Assembly (NCBI GenBank): GCA_036172245.1
Contig: JAYWIR010000037.1
Span: 2,046,001 to 2,110,000, forward strand
DNA from: Raillietiella orientalis
Lineage: Eukaryota
DNA length: 64,000 nt
Direction: 5' to 3'
Part shown: one piece after another, positions 40,626 to 52,503 of the stretch
Numbering within the stretch: position 1 is the first letter of the stretch
How the letters are laid out: the number at the start of each line of letters is the position of its first letter
Notes under the pieces: generated by a model
Databases searched by the model: none
What the model saw: the letters and a program-made list of their open reading frames with translations, nothing else
Told to the model about the DNA's origin: nothing
Translations under genes and position numbers: made by a program

Positions 40626-42165
40626 CGGGAGGAAAGCAGAGAAAACAGAAAAGAACCCAAAAGCATTCACATCATCCTGGGCTGAATAGTAATAACGGTC
40701 TCCTAGTGAGGTCGCTTCTGGACTCTAAGAAAGGAAAAAAGAATAAGTAATGCTCCCTCAAGATGCAGCATAAGTGCGGAAGCGAAATGTGGTCCTCTCC
40801 ATACCGAAATCAAGCAAACGAAGCTTCTATTCATGTATTTAAGAATTTGTAAACGTGGAGCTCGTATATCTCCTGAATCAATTTCATTTCAGTGGCATTG
40901 GGAAACTTTATTCTTCACTCCCAAATCGTAATCGTTCTCGGCAGCCGCCTTCTTGGAGACGCCTTGCTTCCTTTTGGGGCATCGCTGCATAGAAACGTGT
41001 CAGGACGTGTCAGCTGCTTCGACCCTTCCTTTTCGTCAGTATTTTCATGCTTCACCCCAGTAGTCGCGGCTTCCTCTGAAAGGTTTGGTCCAATCGGACT
41101 CTGTGTGCACGCAAGCACACGAAAGCAGTTTTTTGCTGTTCCTCCGTGGTTGTTGTCGTGAAATAGGTCGCCAATACGTGTGGCAGGCAATTAAGAGACG
41201 CAACCATATAACTGCGCATCTGTATTTATTGATCAGGAAATTGTTCTTTGGTTCGCGATGAGGTCTAAGAGATATCCTTTGTTTAGAATTTGGTTAGATT
41301 GTAAAGCATCCTTGAAATTTCAGACACTCCTGTTGCTGCGGCACGCTCCGAGAAAGCTGTTTATGGTTGCTCTTGACAGTTTCTGCTCAAGTGCCCAGAA
41401 GAAGCAATTTTTCTTATTGGAATGAATAGTTGGCATGGAACTTCGAGCACCATTCTGTTTACAGCAGTTAAGGGGAAAATGAAATCACCATTCTATATGA
41501 GTGAGCGCTTGCAAATCTGAAGAGATCCCTTCTTTGCTTTCGCGTAACAACCCGGAATTAAATCAAACCTACCTGCTCTCGTTGGCCACCATCACCAAAG
41601 TGCGCAGCAAGCTCATTCATGTGGAAATCATGTCCTACTATGGCAACAGAATTTCATGATTCTTCAAACCTTCCTTCTAATATATGATCCTTTGGTGATG
41701 AGCAGCCCAATGGAATTTCCTACGGACACTCTATGTTGGCTCAGGCGGAACCAGTCCTGGATAGCCTTCAGCTAGTTTTTTTTTTTTTGCGGTCACCTAT
41801 CCTCATAAAGAAGTAGGAAAAAAATCAGGTTTTTTCCGATGTAAGTTATGGATGGGAATAATACAGCATCCATCGTGAATTCCCGTTTTTCCACATCGGG
41901 TTCGCCCCCATCCATCACGGAAAGTGGAGTAAAGTAGGAGAAAATAAAGCGATCTAGGAATTCAAAGGTTTAGCGGCCTGCTGTCTTGTGCAGCCTCATT
42001 CTAAAATACTCAAATGAGACGGGAAAGAAAGGAAACTCATAATATGGGATGAAAATTTTCACCCTTTGAAACACCAGCTACACGTCTGGGTTACTTGAAC
42101 ATCTAGCAGCGCTGAGAGCAATTTTTTTCTTCAACTCCCCAGTACTTTCCGACGGCACAAAAAAA

Positions 42166-42190
42166 AAATGAAATGAAATGAAATGAAATG
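42166..42190. repeat. (AAATG)5 microsatellite
   Basis: Direct reading. Confidence 0.9.
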
Positions 42191-42854
42191 AAGGAAGCTT
42201 GGGTGGAGATCTACTGCGATGTTTTTTATGCCCACGAGAGATAATTTTAGAAATAGCCTGGATTCACGTTGAACCACTTGGTCTTTTTCCCGAGGAAAAG
42301 TCTCTGCATTTCCCTTCGTCTCACACGAATAACCGGGTCTTTAGCTATTATTCATTATAATGCGAGTTGAAAAGGAAAATAAAACACACACCACTTCAGG
42401 AGATTCTTCATTCGACCTGAAAGCATTTCTCTTCCAACAGTCTTCCATTTGAGGTGTTTCACCCACACAAAGTTAATTCGCCTCCTACGTAAGCGATGCA
42501 AGACCTCATAGCCATTAGTTCTGGCATTCCTGTACGCTTTTTCTAAGGTTGTCTTGAAGTTGTTTCCAGAAGCTGGTTCGAAAGTCCCTTATGCCACTCG
42601 TGCACCGTTTCCTCCTTCATGGTTTGCAGGTCACCTCCATCTACAGAAGCAGGCAGATTTTCTGAAAACAGATCACTTCGGGACGCACGAAAATTTTGCC
42701 TCGCCAGGGTGCCAATGCATGCAGCAGCCCTTTGGATGCTACTTCATGCTGCAGTGAACACCGTAAATGGTGTTCTCTCCCGTGCGGTAACGCACATAAC
42801 TCGAATTCCTGTTCGGATGTTTAATGTTTGCGCCCTTGCCACGGAATAAGAGTT

Positions 42855-43530
42855 GGCAGCCCGTGTGGCTGCGGTCTCCGCGAGTGGTACCAAGCATTGC
42901 GGGTGCGAATCCCACCCGGGGAAGGATCAATGCCCAAAAATGGGTCCGTCATAGGTTTTGAGATTTACCCTCAGGATGAGGCTGGTTGGCCTGTAGGCTT
43001 CGGGCGCGGCACTACTGGAAGCTGGAAATTGGATACCTTCGTCGAGTGGCCGGGAGCGGAAGTCGATCCACCGGAGTCCTTCCAGGAATCAAGGAGAATT
43101 TCGAGGTTCCCTCCGGTTGCGAAAATGGAGCTGAGTCCATCGAGTACCATAGAGCTGGTGGACTGACATCTCTCCAGAGTGTCAAGGAATCCACTACTCT
43201 CTTAGGGAAGGGACCTTTCAAAGAAACTGGGAAGCGTCCTTCAGAGTTCTCTTCGGAGGAGGAGGAAACAAAGAGCATTTCCCTTGCTGGTTCCCTCCGG
43301 AGAAGAAATAATGGAGCAGTCCCCTCTGGGGGTTCCCTCCGGAGAGAACAAGGAAGAAGTTCCCTTCGATATTCCCTCCCGAACGTACGAGGAATGGACT
43401 CCTTCCTACGAAGCCTCCCTGGTTCATAGGGTAGCCCCTCCCTGGGTACCCCCTATAACTAGAACACGCACTCTTCGGTGGTTCCTGGGCTAATGGTTCT
43501 CAAGTAATTAGAGAAACGAAAAAAAGAAAA
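42855..43530 (+). mobile_element. tRNA-derived SINE, most complete copy (~0.7 kb)
   Basis: TGGCTGCGG and B-box-like GGGTGCGAATCCC head, purine-rich body repeated elsewhere in the window, A-rich end. Confidence 0.75.
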
Positions 43531-43583
43531 ACTGGAAGGAAAGCAGTGAAAAGAAAGAACCCAAAGGGATTTCTGTCATCCTA

Positions 43584-43776
43584 TTCCCCCCCTCTCTATG
43601 TATAATTTCCCCTCTCCCGTTTTGTTTGCTTATTTTTTGTTTTCGTTTCCCCTTCCCTCACGTTGCCGACACGGACCTCGCCTGTCTGCGAATCGGTATC
43701 CAGAAGGTCCCTTGCACCACACCAATGCATTTTTATTACTTTATGCAATAAATATTCCGGCATAACCAGGTGATAA
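43584..43776 (+). mobile_element. Short LINE 3' UTR insertion
   Basis: 8-bp TSD TCATCCTA (43576-83, 43777-84); empty paralogous site near 40672; ends AATAAA...CCGGCATAACCAGGTG, like the other LINE termini. Confidence 0.7.
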
Positions 43777-45499
43777 TCATCCTAGGCCGAATAGTAACGG
43801 CCTCTCCTTGAGGTCTCAACTGGCCTTTTTTTTTTAAAAAAGTAAAAAAAAAGGGACGCACGCACGTCATGTGCTGGAAATTAATGGAGCTTGTACTTCT
43901 ATCTTCCTTCCTTGGATATCCACAGAGCATTTTTTTTGGAGCTAAGAAGCTAATGAGGGGCCAAGAACTTGACTCGAACATTCTGGATACAAAGAACCCC
44001 TTTGGTTGTAATTCTTTGTATCATCTAAGAGCTTCCAGAGGCTCATGCAACCATAGCAACCACAGTATTCTCTTTCGGTAATTTCTCAGGAATAAAAGAA
44101 GTGACCATAAACATAAAAGCAACGCTTTCTGTCCTCGAAAACGAAAGATGGAACTGACAAGGATTTGGCTGTTGATCAAACCAGAAGTTCCTTGAAAAGT
44201 GACTGCGACTACGTAGGCTCATGACCGCGATTCAGAAGCTTGCAGTCAGCGAGCTCGCTTCATGAGATGACCCCTTGAGAACTTTCCAAAAGATCCAAAT
44301 CTGCGCTCTGCCAAGGCCTGTCCACAACCGACTTCGAAAAGCTGTTATTTCCACCATAAGACACGCTGCTCCCAAAAACGTGTCTTAAGCTCCAACGCCT
44401 TCGGTTGTTGTTTCCCGATCAGGCTCCTGCAAGACGCAGGTGAGATACGTTTTGTTCTACCGGAAATATTCACTGTATTTTCGGAACCAGAAGAAAGAGG
44501 AAAAAATCGGTCAGCAACACACAAACAATCGCTCGCTGCTCTCTGCACGCGGATCAAGTTTTTACTCCACCAAATGAGCACACATACCGGTCAACGATCT
44601 TTAAAACTGATTCCAAAGGATGAATGCGACCATCTGACAAATCTCAAACTGGATTTCCCTTTTTCCTTTCCTTCTTTTTATTGCCACGGTGGCATACGTG
44701 ACACAAATTGCGAAGAATGGAGTGTCTTCACGGAGGCGAGCAAGGTGGTTAGAAAACTCTCGCACAGTGTTCCTTCACTTACAATACCGCTGATAGATTT
44801 TCGGTCGCGTGTGTGCTTTTTTCAGACAAAAAACCTCATGAGGCGTCCAGAGCCTATGGCGTTTGACAGTAGCCGTCTAAGGGGACACATCCGAGCGTTT
44901 CATTCGTCCGAGTCATGTTGCACAGCGGGTGCTACCTATCACACTTCGGGTTGCTGCCACACCTTTATTGAGAGATCGGCTTAACTGAGTCAATACAGGG
45001 GCGATCACGAAAGGTCTCATGGCTTATGGAACGAGGAAGTACAGAATGGAAAATTCAGTTCGCAGCATCTGTGCAACCTCTTCTTCTCCATCATCTTTTC
45101 CTTGAATGAAACAAAGGCGAAGTGGTCCTCCTTGTTTTAACCCGGAATGAATCCAGTGTTCCGACATAAAGCAGGATACTGGGGGACGAAATTTGATAAA
45201 GATGGACAAGATATGGGAAGAATATAAAACACTTAACATGGAAAAACTTCGAACACAGCATGGATGCTTGATAAACGCGTGTTTGACCGGTACGCAGAGA
45301 TTGTTTATCCAGCTTCCAGCAAGTGGAATCATCGCTTTGTTTTCAAACATCATGCCGAAATTCGTTATAGATAAATCGGATGCAAAAATCTCAGTCTACT
45401 GCTTCCTACGGGAAATGCTTCATGAAATCGTAGCTTTAGAATGGTACCATCAAAGGAATAAAGCCTATATATAAAAGGAAAGCTCCCATTTCGGCATCT

Positions 45500-46300
45500 C
45501 ACAGGTTCCGCCCTCATTTTTGAAAACACAATGTATTTCAGACGGCAGCTATCGGTTCTTTTGGTCAGCGATTCAGTGAGCTTATGTAAAGTTCAGCGAA
45601 ATAGAATCATAGCCCCAAATCACAGTCGCTATGGTGAAGAGGAGAAGATCTACTCCATCATGTCATTAAAAGAAGTGTGCACGCTCCATATATGAGCAGC
45701 AGAAGACTGAATCGAAATCCCAATGCAACAGCTCGCTTATTGCCTGTCCACAGCCGCTCTTACACCGAGGTTGTGTGAAATAACTTCGGAAATAAGTTGT
45801 GATAAACCTGATAACGAATGATGAACAGATCACATATCCCCTCACATTTGATTGCTGATGTTTGCATTGCGTTCTCGAGCTGCTCTGAATCTGAAAAACG
45901 TGTCGTTCTGAGGAGGCAAAGGCTGCAGAGCAACTTCCTCAGGGTGATTAGCAGCTAAAGGAAAACGAGGCAAATAAACAATTCGCTTCGAAAATACCTT
46001 CTCAGGCCGATCACTAATTGGTGTATGTAAACTGTTGTTTTCAGATGGATGGTCTCGAAAAATGATCGGTGTTCAACAGTTATTCAGCCATCAGGTTATC
46101 AGGCAAGTTCATCTCTGTGTAACCGCTGGACTAGACCAACCAAAGTGATTTCTACACAGCAAACATCAGACATACGTAAGTATGGTCACAGTATATTGAC
46201 CTTGAGCTACTTTATCGTTTGAATAAAAACAGGTGAGAAATTTCTATGCAGGTCGGAATGCAAGAAAAGCAGGTGATGTGCTATAAGATGGCTCTTACTA
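45500..46300 (+). mobile_element. Degenerate DNA transposase remnant, tentatively Academ-like
   Basis: Scattered LTFD, LSGK, VWSQYID and FI..IKTG motifs in the order I recall for that group; the family name is uncertain. Confidence 0.3.
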
Positions 46301-47699
46301 ATGAATGCACCCTGAATAAAATACTCGATAGCACTAAACGTTCAGTGTTGTGAGTGCATTTCAATATCGAAAGAGTATGCATTTAAGGATATTCACTCTA
46401 TTCTCGTTGAGGTTGAAACCTTTTTTTGAGCAAGAAATTGGAAAACATAATTGAAAAGACTTGGATGTGAGTTTAAGAGTCCTTTAAGACTCTTTGACTT
46501 AGACCGCAAAACCATTTGGTCCCTAATAACCCCTAAATTCCCCCTAAAAGTCAGGGCGCCATTACAAAAGTGCTACTTAAGAAAGCTCAACTGACTTATA
46601 AGCATCAGATAGATGACCATCAGGATTCAATGGATACATTTTCGGGAAAAAAAAAATTCCCTTCCCTTCCTATGCTTCTTCTGGCTGGTGAATCAGCAGA
46701 TGAAGAACTCTGAATCCGATCGTATATTCCATCAAACTCCTGTTCATCATGTCTTCTAATCCTGGTCAGTGGTTTCTGAAATGAGCAGTTGCTTGTCTTC
46801 CTGACGACGTGTGAACACGTGATCGTTTCGTTGTGCACCACTAATCTAAGTTTTCGTTCCATGCTAGCTCGGACCTGTTGAGATGAAGCATAAGTAAAGG
46901 TGTTTCATGGAAAGGTTTCACTAGAACTGAATGTGGTCTTGGAGACAAAGACGTGACCTCTTTGGTTTTAACTCTATTTAATTTCGGGATCCACTCATTC
47001 CGAGATAGCTGCACCTTCCACGGCGTCACCTTGCTCATAGGAAGCATCTGATAGTACATTAAACAGTCCTTGAATCCCTACACTTCGGTGTAGCTGCTGC
47101 CCTTTTTGGAAGTGCAGAGGAAATGATTGCATTCCTCTGGGCAGAGGAATCTGACAGAGATATTTATCCCCGCCTCCAGCATCTCCTCCGAACACGAATT
47201 TCGAATCATCAAGGCACGCCTTGTCAGCATGCACTGAAGGGTAGCTGTCGTCGAGCAAAAATTATACAGTCAGTTACATCACTTGAGAAGGGAGGCGAAG
47301 AGAACCGCAGAGGTGTTCAAAGCACTCGTGTCCCCATCCTCATGCATGGACCCAAACACTTAGGGTCTAGCTCATAATCCCGAAAGACACAATCCCGAGA
47401 ATAGAATTCATCATCATTCATTGAGGAAGTTTCATTTATTGAGTTTCATTTATTTCATTCATTGGAATGAAAGGAAGAAATACACAGCACAGAGGATTGT
47501 AAACAAAATAAAAAATAATGCTGAGTGCAAAATGGAGGGAAAAAATAGAGAATAAGCAAAGTAAAACGAAATTCAAATTCAGCCAGCTCCTATAAACTAC
47601 CTCCCTGCAGTTGCTCGTCATCTGCCCCTTCTGTGTTTTCAAAGTTTACAGCTACAATAGTACAAATAAAGTGGGAAAACTCTTCTTCATCTTCCTTCT

Positions 47700-48640
47700 T
47701 CATCGCATGGGCAATATCGTAGTCAGGAAGAATTGCTGAGACGTATTTCTAGTTGAAAACCTTCCTGGTCCTTGCATTTGTGTTACCAGTAGGTTTCACT
47801 CATCGGGACATCCTGTAGGCTGTGTTTTGGAGGTATTTTCCTCTCCATCCAAGAGTTGCTCCTCTTCATGTTGCGGCGAAGAGGAGCAGCTTCATCAGGC
47901 AGGTGTTGGACATCATCTGGCAATCGTCGAAGCCGATGTGTCCATCCAATAGATGTCTCGAGTGTAGCGTATGCATGAGGCAGCCAGGAGCTGTCTCATT
48001 TTATCGACATGCATTCGCGGGACACCCAGTTCAAGGAGGACTGCAGGAGTCCGAAGTTTTCAAAGGTCCAGTGATGATGGCCAGCATCTTTGCATCAATT
48101 CGTTTTGGGAATAGCTGGTTGGAAGCATCGTCTGGTGTTTAGATACTTTCTCATTCCTTGCGATGCTGAAGGCTTCTTCCCCATTCTCAAAGGGACAAGC
48201 TACGTTCAACATCACCATGCTGTTTCGCATCTGCATTACCAGATCTGTCCTGAGTTGAATCGCGGGCACCACTTTCCATCTTGCTGTTTCTACCGCTGCT
48301 ATCTTATCTCGTCCATAGCCCCATCATTCTGGCCTGCGTCTAGACGAGAGTGCCTCATGAAGTGATTTGTTGTGACGCAATGCCTAGTCCCACAGGCCAT
48401 GACGACCGCATGAGCGATCAATTCCCTCCTTCTGGTAGCTTCTCTCATGGGGAGTAGGTTGAGCCTTGCAGCGTGAATGGATCTGTAGCTCACAAGGCTT
48501 AGATGGTGCCCATGTATAAGGAAGCAGCTGGAGGAGCTATACAGTCTGCCCATGGCTTTCTCTTTATCCAGCTGCTGAGTTGCCAGGGATTGCCATGCTT
48601 TTCCACGTTGTGCAGCTCTCGCGAAGAAAGATTTCCTCCT
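47700..48640 (-). mobile_element. 3' fragment of a NeSL/Utopia-like REL non-LTR retrotransposon
   Basis: IHAARLNLLP; NHFMRHS; LRTDLV...LNVACPFENGEEAFSIARNEKVSK (PD..D..K restriction-like endonuclease); MRQLLAASCIRYTRDIY C-terminus; frameshifted. Confidence 0.85.
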
Positions 48641-48649
48641 CGTGCTGAT

Positions 48650-49225
48650 GTCGCTAAGTACTCAAGGACAGCCGTTCACCTGGCGGCTCACGAAACTCTT
48701 TAGCGTTGCTGCTCCACGCTACCCAAGGGTGAGTGTGTTAACCCGTGAAGTTATGAGGGGTAACCCCTGTCAATCCAGAAAGGCTCCGAAGGAAGGAGTC
48801 CTTCCCTCTCTTACCCTCGTGAGGGAGCTCCAAAAGGAACGCTCCACTCTGGTGTCTCCGAAGGGAACCCTGAAGGGGATCTCTTCCTTAGTCTCTCCAG
48901 AATGATCCCCTGGAGGGGGTCTCTTCATTCTTTCTTCTCTGAAGGGAACCCGGAAAGGATCTGCTCCTTGTTTCCTCCTCCTCTGAAGAGAACCCCGAAG
49001 GGACGACTCCCAGTTTTTCCTGAAGGACTTTCCCAAAGGAGCAGCTCACTTCTTTACACTCTGGAGAAGTATCAGTCCACCTGCTGCATGGTAACTGATG
49101 GAGGATCCCCCTCCCAGGAAGGGGAAAAAGGGACTGCTCCATTTGCACAATCGGTAAGGTGCCCCGAAGGGAACCGGCTTCTTGATTCCTGGAAGGACCC
49201 CGGAGGGTCAGCTTCCAATCCTGTG
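48650..49225 (-). mobile_element. SINE body and tail without head
   Basis: Shares CTTGATTCCTGGAAGGACCC and GCTAAGTACTC blocks with the other copies. Confidence 0.75.
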
Positions 49226-49316
49226 GACCAGACAGCGACATTCGGTGGGTGGAAAGAAGGGCTCTAAACCCACGACTTTCGATGTTATGGGCAGAAGCCC
49301 GCGTCGCCTGCCGGGA

Positions 49317-49673
49317 GGCTACCATGGAAACCTTGAGGATGCACCGTGTCTGGACAGTGGTCTCATCCTCGGAAAGCGCCGCAAAGTTAGTCGTGATGAC
49401 TGCAGCTCTCAGGGGCTCGTCACTTTTTCACTTTCTCAGCCTCTAGAAGAGGAAACAAGAGTGGCACCAGCCACGAGGTCTCTCCAGCTTTCTCTCGTCT
49501 TTTCTCTCTAGTACACAGTTGCAGCGATCCAGCCGACCTCCACCAATCCACTTCCACTCCAGCTCGAGGCAATGCACGGCAACCAGCTGGAGCTTGACAT
49601 CGGTAGTTCCTTGGAGCTACCGCCATCCTCTGCTACCGAAGGAGCTGCGCAGCTTCCGAAAGGAAGGAGCATG
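49317..49673. repeat. ~360 bp direct repeat with 63200-63555
   Basis: GGCTACCATGGAAACCTTGAGG...GGAAGGAGCATG at both places with few differences. Confidence 0.95.
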
Positions 49674-50699
49674 GAACCGGTCATTTTCAGCGACTCCCAT
49701 GTCCTTCACGGCACCGCCGTTGCTCTCGATCCCTGTCATCCAGGTTCATCCGCACGACGGCAGCTCAGAGGAGAGATAATCTCGTAGGAAAGTCCATGTT
49801 CCGTTTCCTGGATTCATCCGAGCCAATGTGGGCTCATCTCTCTCTCCGCATCACTTCCCCTCTCCCTTCTGGACGGCTTCTCATCGGGGACCGGGGTTTC
49901 GACCCGAGGGAGGAGGGGCAGCTAGCTTTCCTCTTCCGCGGAAGAAAGCAGCAGCTCGGACCGAGAGAGTTGATCTCTCGCCGCTCTCACTCATCGCCCA
50001 TGATCTCCTGAGATCCTTTGGCTCCTCTTTATCTTCTGGTACTTGGTCAAAATGGGCTTCTTCCTTAGATGCGAGCGGCATTCAGTTTGATCCCAGGTGG
50101 TGCCAGCTCTCTGCACCGGAGAAGGCGTTGTGATGATCCTCCTTCTTCCCGACTGCGTCGCCAGTCTCCTACGACTGCTCTGTCCTCTCACCGCGACATG
50201 CTGTCTCTCTGGGATGCGTGAGTTTCCTGGGGAGGATCGCCGCATGCACCGCTCGCATCGATTCACTGGCATCACCGTCGCCATCGTAACGATGTCTCTG
50301 TGCTTTCCCAAGGGCTCGCTGCGAGTCGCTGCTGTTAAGCAGGTTGCTTTCCACAGAAGTGCGTGGGAAGAAAGAACGACCATGAGAGGGGAGAGGGCAC
50401 CAGCCCGGGATCCAGGAGGAAGCTCCTCTGTCCCTAAAGGATGAGACGATATTTCGGCAACCTAGGAAGGCGTTTCCGCTGCTTCCGAGATGAGGAAGAA
50501 AGCAATGGAAAATCAGGGATCACGAGAAAGACTAGAGCGCTTCCCGGGAGGGAAAGGAGATCCTATACGAGATGCGACCGTCGGACGCAGGGAGGAAGAT
50601 GCAGAATTCGAAAGATCGAAAGGAAAAATCAGTGCGGAAGGATTCCCTACATGCAGGATGTGATGATGCTTACGGTGCAGCAGCACGCGGTCCAGAAGG

Positions 50700-52300
50700 A
50701 TCATACTCCGGGAACCCAGATGCTCGCTTCTCTTTTCCGAATGGCGCGGCGAGCAGGGTCCAGCGGAAGTGATCCGCAGTCAAACACCCTCGCGCCGTCG
50801 GAAGCTGAGCACGCGAGGAAAAGCATCCTCCCACTTCGCATGCCGAGGTGCAACATAAAATGCACTTCCTCCGGACACGAGACGAGCGGCGGCCGCCTGA
50901 GAGAGCGCCTCTTCGTGCCCGTCCTCCGCTCGAGGGCTTCGCATGCTGCTGCACGGTATCACTCCGTGCCCGCAGGTGCGCTTTTGGGAGCCTGCCGGAG
51001 GCGCGCGTCCCGGAGTGGGAGGACTCGGCGTGGCCGCGTCGGAAACCCGCCTTGCGATCCGGGAGACCGCTGGTGGCGCGCCCCATCCGCGTGGGAGTGA
51101 GAATCTGATCCGTTCCCCAGGTCTCCTCCTCGGAGAGGCCGTCCGCAGTGGGTCGCACCAGCTCGAGCGTACCAGTGCCTCCTCCATCCGCCGCGGAAAT
51201 GATCGTGTGCGCGTCCTCGAATCGGAGGCGGTGTCCACTAGCAGGTGCGTGAGGGGAGATTTCCGTTCCCCGCACCCGCATTCAGTCCAGGCTCTCCCTC
51301 TCCAGCGTTCAGTGGTGTCAGCGTGCGTTTCAGGATAACACCAGAAGTGCCGACACTTGCCACTTGAGGGCGAGGGTGCTGCTATTCTTGAGCACTGGGG
51401 CCATTCCAGATCTCCGCTAGAAATGCCGGGCAGCTCTCCCCAGCGTTGCAGTCCTCGTTGAAGGACACTCGGGGCTGAAGGTCTCCGCCAGCTGCCTCAT
51501 GATCTATCCACCCATCAGCTTCCGCCTGCTTGCGATCTCGCAGGAGACTTGAAGCCTCGGCGGCTGGAGGCTGCTAAGTGCCCTCCTCAGGAAGGGCATC
51601 GTTGCCGCGAAAGGGGTCCGCTTCCGCCCACGCGCTCATGCTGGGACTCTCCAGGATCTTTCGCAGCGGGCTCAGATAGTCGGCGGCAGGGAAGACCGCA
51701 AGAACTCGGAAGAGGACCGACGTGTGCGGATGAGTCTCCAGAAGCTGTGTCTCGGCGCCGCGCAGCCTCTGCATCCCGCAGGAGCGGACGCGCGCTCACT
51801 GTCTCCGCCGTCGCGGAGAACCACGCGGGTGCTGGCGCATGGCCAGACGCTCCCCTCCTTCTCCTGAAATCTCCCAGCGGACGGAGCCGCGGGAGCGAGG
51901 AAGAGGCTCCCGAACACGAAAAAGAAGTCCCTCGTTCCCAGTAGCTCTAGGTTCCCCGCAGCCCTCAGGGTGGGCGGGAAAGGGAAGGGCCAAGGGCACA
52001 GTGGAGAAACTGACCAGAGAGGGCCCAACGGGGCAGTTTTCGCGGGCACTTGGACGGGAAGAGACACGGGCGCCCTCTGTCCCCTGGCGCGACCACGCGA
52101 CCTTCTCGGATATGAGAGGAGGCGGAGGAGAGGCGATCTGGGCACGCCCGGGGCAACAGGATGCCCCTTCGGTCCGTGAGACTTGGGCATCCACGCTTCA
52201 GCTCAATCTTCGCCTAGAGAGAGGGATAGAGGCCCGCAGGGGGCACAGACGGAGGAGACGCCTCCTCCTCCTCTCTCGCGTCGCTTCCCTTCTCCCCCGC
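50700..52300 (-). mobile_element. Degenerate Tx1/L1-like LINE 5' region (ORF1 end and APE endonuclease)
   Basis: LLVDTASDS...SWCDPLRTASP...FS...SRIAR resembles APE GDFN...LxDxWR...SRID; WEDAF..VLSF follows; knuckle-like PKSHGPKGH near 52170. Confidence 0.45.
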
Positions 52301-52387
52301 TTCCAGCCGCCCACAGGTCAGGGAACGAAGAGACACTCCTGCTCCGCGGCAGGATGCTTCCCTACCTCTCCCATCCCTACGGTACTT

Positions 52388-52503
52388 CATGGAGGATCCC
52401 CCTCCCAGGAAGGGGGAAAAGGGACGGCTCCATTTGCAAAATCGGAAAGGTGCCCCGAAGGGAACCGACTTCTTGATTCCTGGAAGGACCCCGGAGGGTC
52501 AGC
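52388..52503 (-). mobile_element. SINE body fragment, very similar to 49098-49212
   Basis: Same translated string GGSPSQEG..GTAPFA...CPEGNRLLDSWKDPGGSAS at both places. Confidence 0.75.

Noticed and set aside
43785..43826. HDV-like ribozyme from GGCCG..CGGCC and CCTC..GAGG stems
   Set aside because: Only simple alternative hairpins; no nested double pseudoknot could be built
47790..47820. Hammerhead-like CCGATGAG-TGAAAC (minus)
   Set aside because: Core mismatch and no stem II
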